Origin: an uncultured Candidatus Saccharibacteria bacterium
Lineage (GTDB): Bacteria > Patescibacteriota > Minisyncoccia > Phycocordibacterales > UBA9973
Direction: 5' to 3'
DNA: 53,288 bases
NCBI GenBank assembly: GCA_964474375.1
Contig: CAYYSG010000003.1
Location: forward strand, 1 to 53,288
Shown one piece after another: positions 51,867-53,288 of the stretch. The position numbers and the translations under genes were made by a program. Under the pieces are notes generated by a model that worked only from the letters and a program-made list of their open reading frames with translations, searched no databases and was not told where the DNA came from. How positions within the stretch are numbered: position 1 is the first letter of the stretch; the number at the start of each line of letters is the position of its first letter.

Positions 51867-53288
51867 ATGGCCGACAATGTAACATTCCAGAATACCGTAA
51901 CCGCAACGCCCCCGACCGCGACGGTCGTCGCAACGGATGAGATCGGCGGCGTACACTTCCAGCGGGCGAAGATTGCGTTCGGGGAAGATGGGACCGCCTG
52001 GTCTGTATCAGACGGGACCCCGTTCCCTGTCCAGACGATCGGAACTGGACAGGTCCTGGGAACCGTCCAGGGCCTTCCAGGAAGCGTTCATATCGCGTCC
52101 CCTATTCCGGGCACGGTCCAGGCGCTGGGGACGTTCCAGGGCCTTCCAGGAAGCGTACACGTAGCGAACCAGGTCGACGCCCAGATCGTCGGGACCGTCC
52201 AGGCGCTGGGGACCCTTCAGCCGTTAGCAGGTTCCGTCCATGTGGCGAACCTGGCGCTGACGACCGGGACCGTCCAGGTCCGGGGAAGCGTTCAGCCGTT
52301 AGCGGGCTCCGTCCATCTTGCATCCGGCCTTCCGGGAACCGCCCAGGTCCTGGGAACCGTCGTCGTCATGCCGCTTCCGACTGGGGCTGGAACGCCCTTG
52401 ACGGTTCGACTATCGGACGGGGCGTCGTTCTATACCGCGTCCGGGGGCGCGGGCGGCGGCGGAGCATCCGCAACCGACCAGGCCGCCTTCAGCGCCGGGG
52501 TTCTGACGGTCGCCCCCATTGCGGGGGTCAGTACCATTACGGCGATCGGACAGGGAAGCGTCGGGGCCCTTGCGATGGACCAGTCCCGCGTCCTGTACGT
52601 CCGGGGGACCCTGGACGGCGGAACGGTTCAACCCCTTGCGGGCTCCGTGCATGTGGCGAACGTTCCCCAGGTCACGGTCGGGGGAACCGTCCAGGTTCTA
52701 GGAAGTGTCCAGGCGGTCGGAACCGCCCAGGTTCTAGGAACGGTCCAGGGGCTAGCGGGGTCCGTGCATGTAGCGAACCTGGCGCTGACGACCGGAACGG
52801 TCCAGGCGCTGGGGACCGTTCAACCGTTAGCGGGGTCGGTCCATGTGGCGAACCTGGCGCTGACGACCGGGACCGTCCAGGTCCGGGGAAGCGTTCAGCC
52901 GTTAGCGGGCTCCGTCCATCTTGCATCCGGCCTTCCGGGCACAGTCCAGACGCTGGGAACCATTGTCAATACCGGCTTCGGGTCCAGCGGGACCCCGACC
53001 GCCGCCGCCGAACAGTCCGCCGTCCGGTTCTGGGTCGACCTGAACGGTCGACAGGTCATCCGGGGAACGATCGACCAGGTCCTGGGAACCATCCAGGCAC
53101 TGGGAACCGTTCAGCCGTTAGCAGGTTCCGTGCATGTCGCAAATGTTCCCCAGGTCACGGTCGGGGGAACCGTCCAGGTTCTAGGAAGTGTCCAGGCGGT
53201 CGGAACCGCCCAGGTTCTAGGAACGGTCCAGGGGCTAGCGGGGTCCGTGCATGTAGCGAACCTGGCGCTGACGACCGGAACGGTCCAG
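51867..53288 (+). CDS. 5' part of a roughly 615-aa repeat-rich fibre-like protein, missing from the ORF track because it has no stop before the window end
   Basis: MADNVTFQ...TDEIGGVHFQRAKIAFGEDG, then many GTVQxLAGSVHVAN repeats. Open to 53288 and continues in frame at 56-481. Confidence 0.85.
   Translation, partial: MADNVTFQNTVTATPPTATVVATDEIGGVHFQRAKIAFGEDGTAWSVSDGTPFPVQTIGTGQVLGTVQGLPGSVHIASPIPGTVQALGTFQGLPGSVHVANQVDAQIVGTVQALGTLQPLAGSVHVANLALTTGTVQVRGSVQPLAGSVHLASGLPGTAQVLGTVVVMPLPTGAGTPLTVRLSDGASFYTASGGAGGGGASATDQAAFSAGVLTVAPIAGVSTITAIGQGSVGALAMDQSRVLYVRGTLDGGTVQPLAGSVHVANVPQVTVGGTVQVLGSVQAVGTAQVLGTVQGLAGSVHVANLALTTGTVQALGTVQPLAGSVHVANLALTTGTVQVRGSVQPLAGSVHLASGLPGTVQTLGTIVNTGFGSSGTPTAAAEQSAVRFWVDLNGRQVIRGTIDQVLGTIQALGTVQPLAGSVHVANVPQVTVGGTVQVLGSVQAVGTAQVLGTVQGLAGSVHVANLALTTGTVQ
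52662..52805 (+). repeat. 144-bp perfect direct repeat (second copy at 53145-53288)
   Basis: Base-by-base identity. A separate 101-bp perfect repeat lies at 52236-52336 and 52839-52939. Confidence 0.85.
53234..53288. repeat. Terminal overlap, identical to 1-55
   Basis: Direct comparison. Confidence 0.9.

Noticed and set aside
1-53288. Alternative genetic code (stop-codon reassignment)
   Set aside because: Standard code 11 gives full-length terminase, portal, capsid, tape measure and DnaB, and TAA, TAG and TGA all end genes.

Overview
Apparently a complete circular tailed-phage genome (siphovirus-like, about 53.2 kb). The first 55 nt equal the last 55 nt, and one ORF reads in frame across the junction. 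The + strand arm (37.1 kb to the end, then 1 to 15.1 kb) carries lysis, terminase, portal, a MuF-like protein, prohead protease, an HK97-type capsid, head accessories, a three-glycosyltransferase cassette and the tail. The - strand arm (15.3-36.9 kb) carries early, replication and accessory genes: initiator with iterons, DnaB, DnaN, two amino-methyltransferases, HNH, GIY-YIG and DUF559 nucleases, small regulators and a membrane operon. I recognised no integrase, partition system, DNA polymerase, SSB, reverse transcriptase, tRNA or CRISPR array. The host is inferred, not shown, to be Chloroflexota. Main observations: (1) an extremely restricted DNA vocabulary, with GAG/CTC nearly absent and GGWCC/CCWGG/GTCGAC abundant; (2) a D12-class DNA methyltransferase with a tandem array of 29-aa variable repeats in its target-recognition region; (3) a miniaturised, ATPase-dead ComM/YifB homolog; (4) a probable virion glycosylation cassette beside Thr-rich repeat fibres; (5) three late leaders sharing a promoter, a CGTGWTGAG motif and a terminator; (6) a membrane operon with C-terminal HTH domains. 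All assignments come from reading motifs by eye. No searches were run, and all counts are hand counts.
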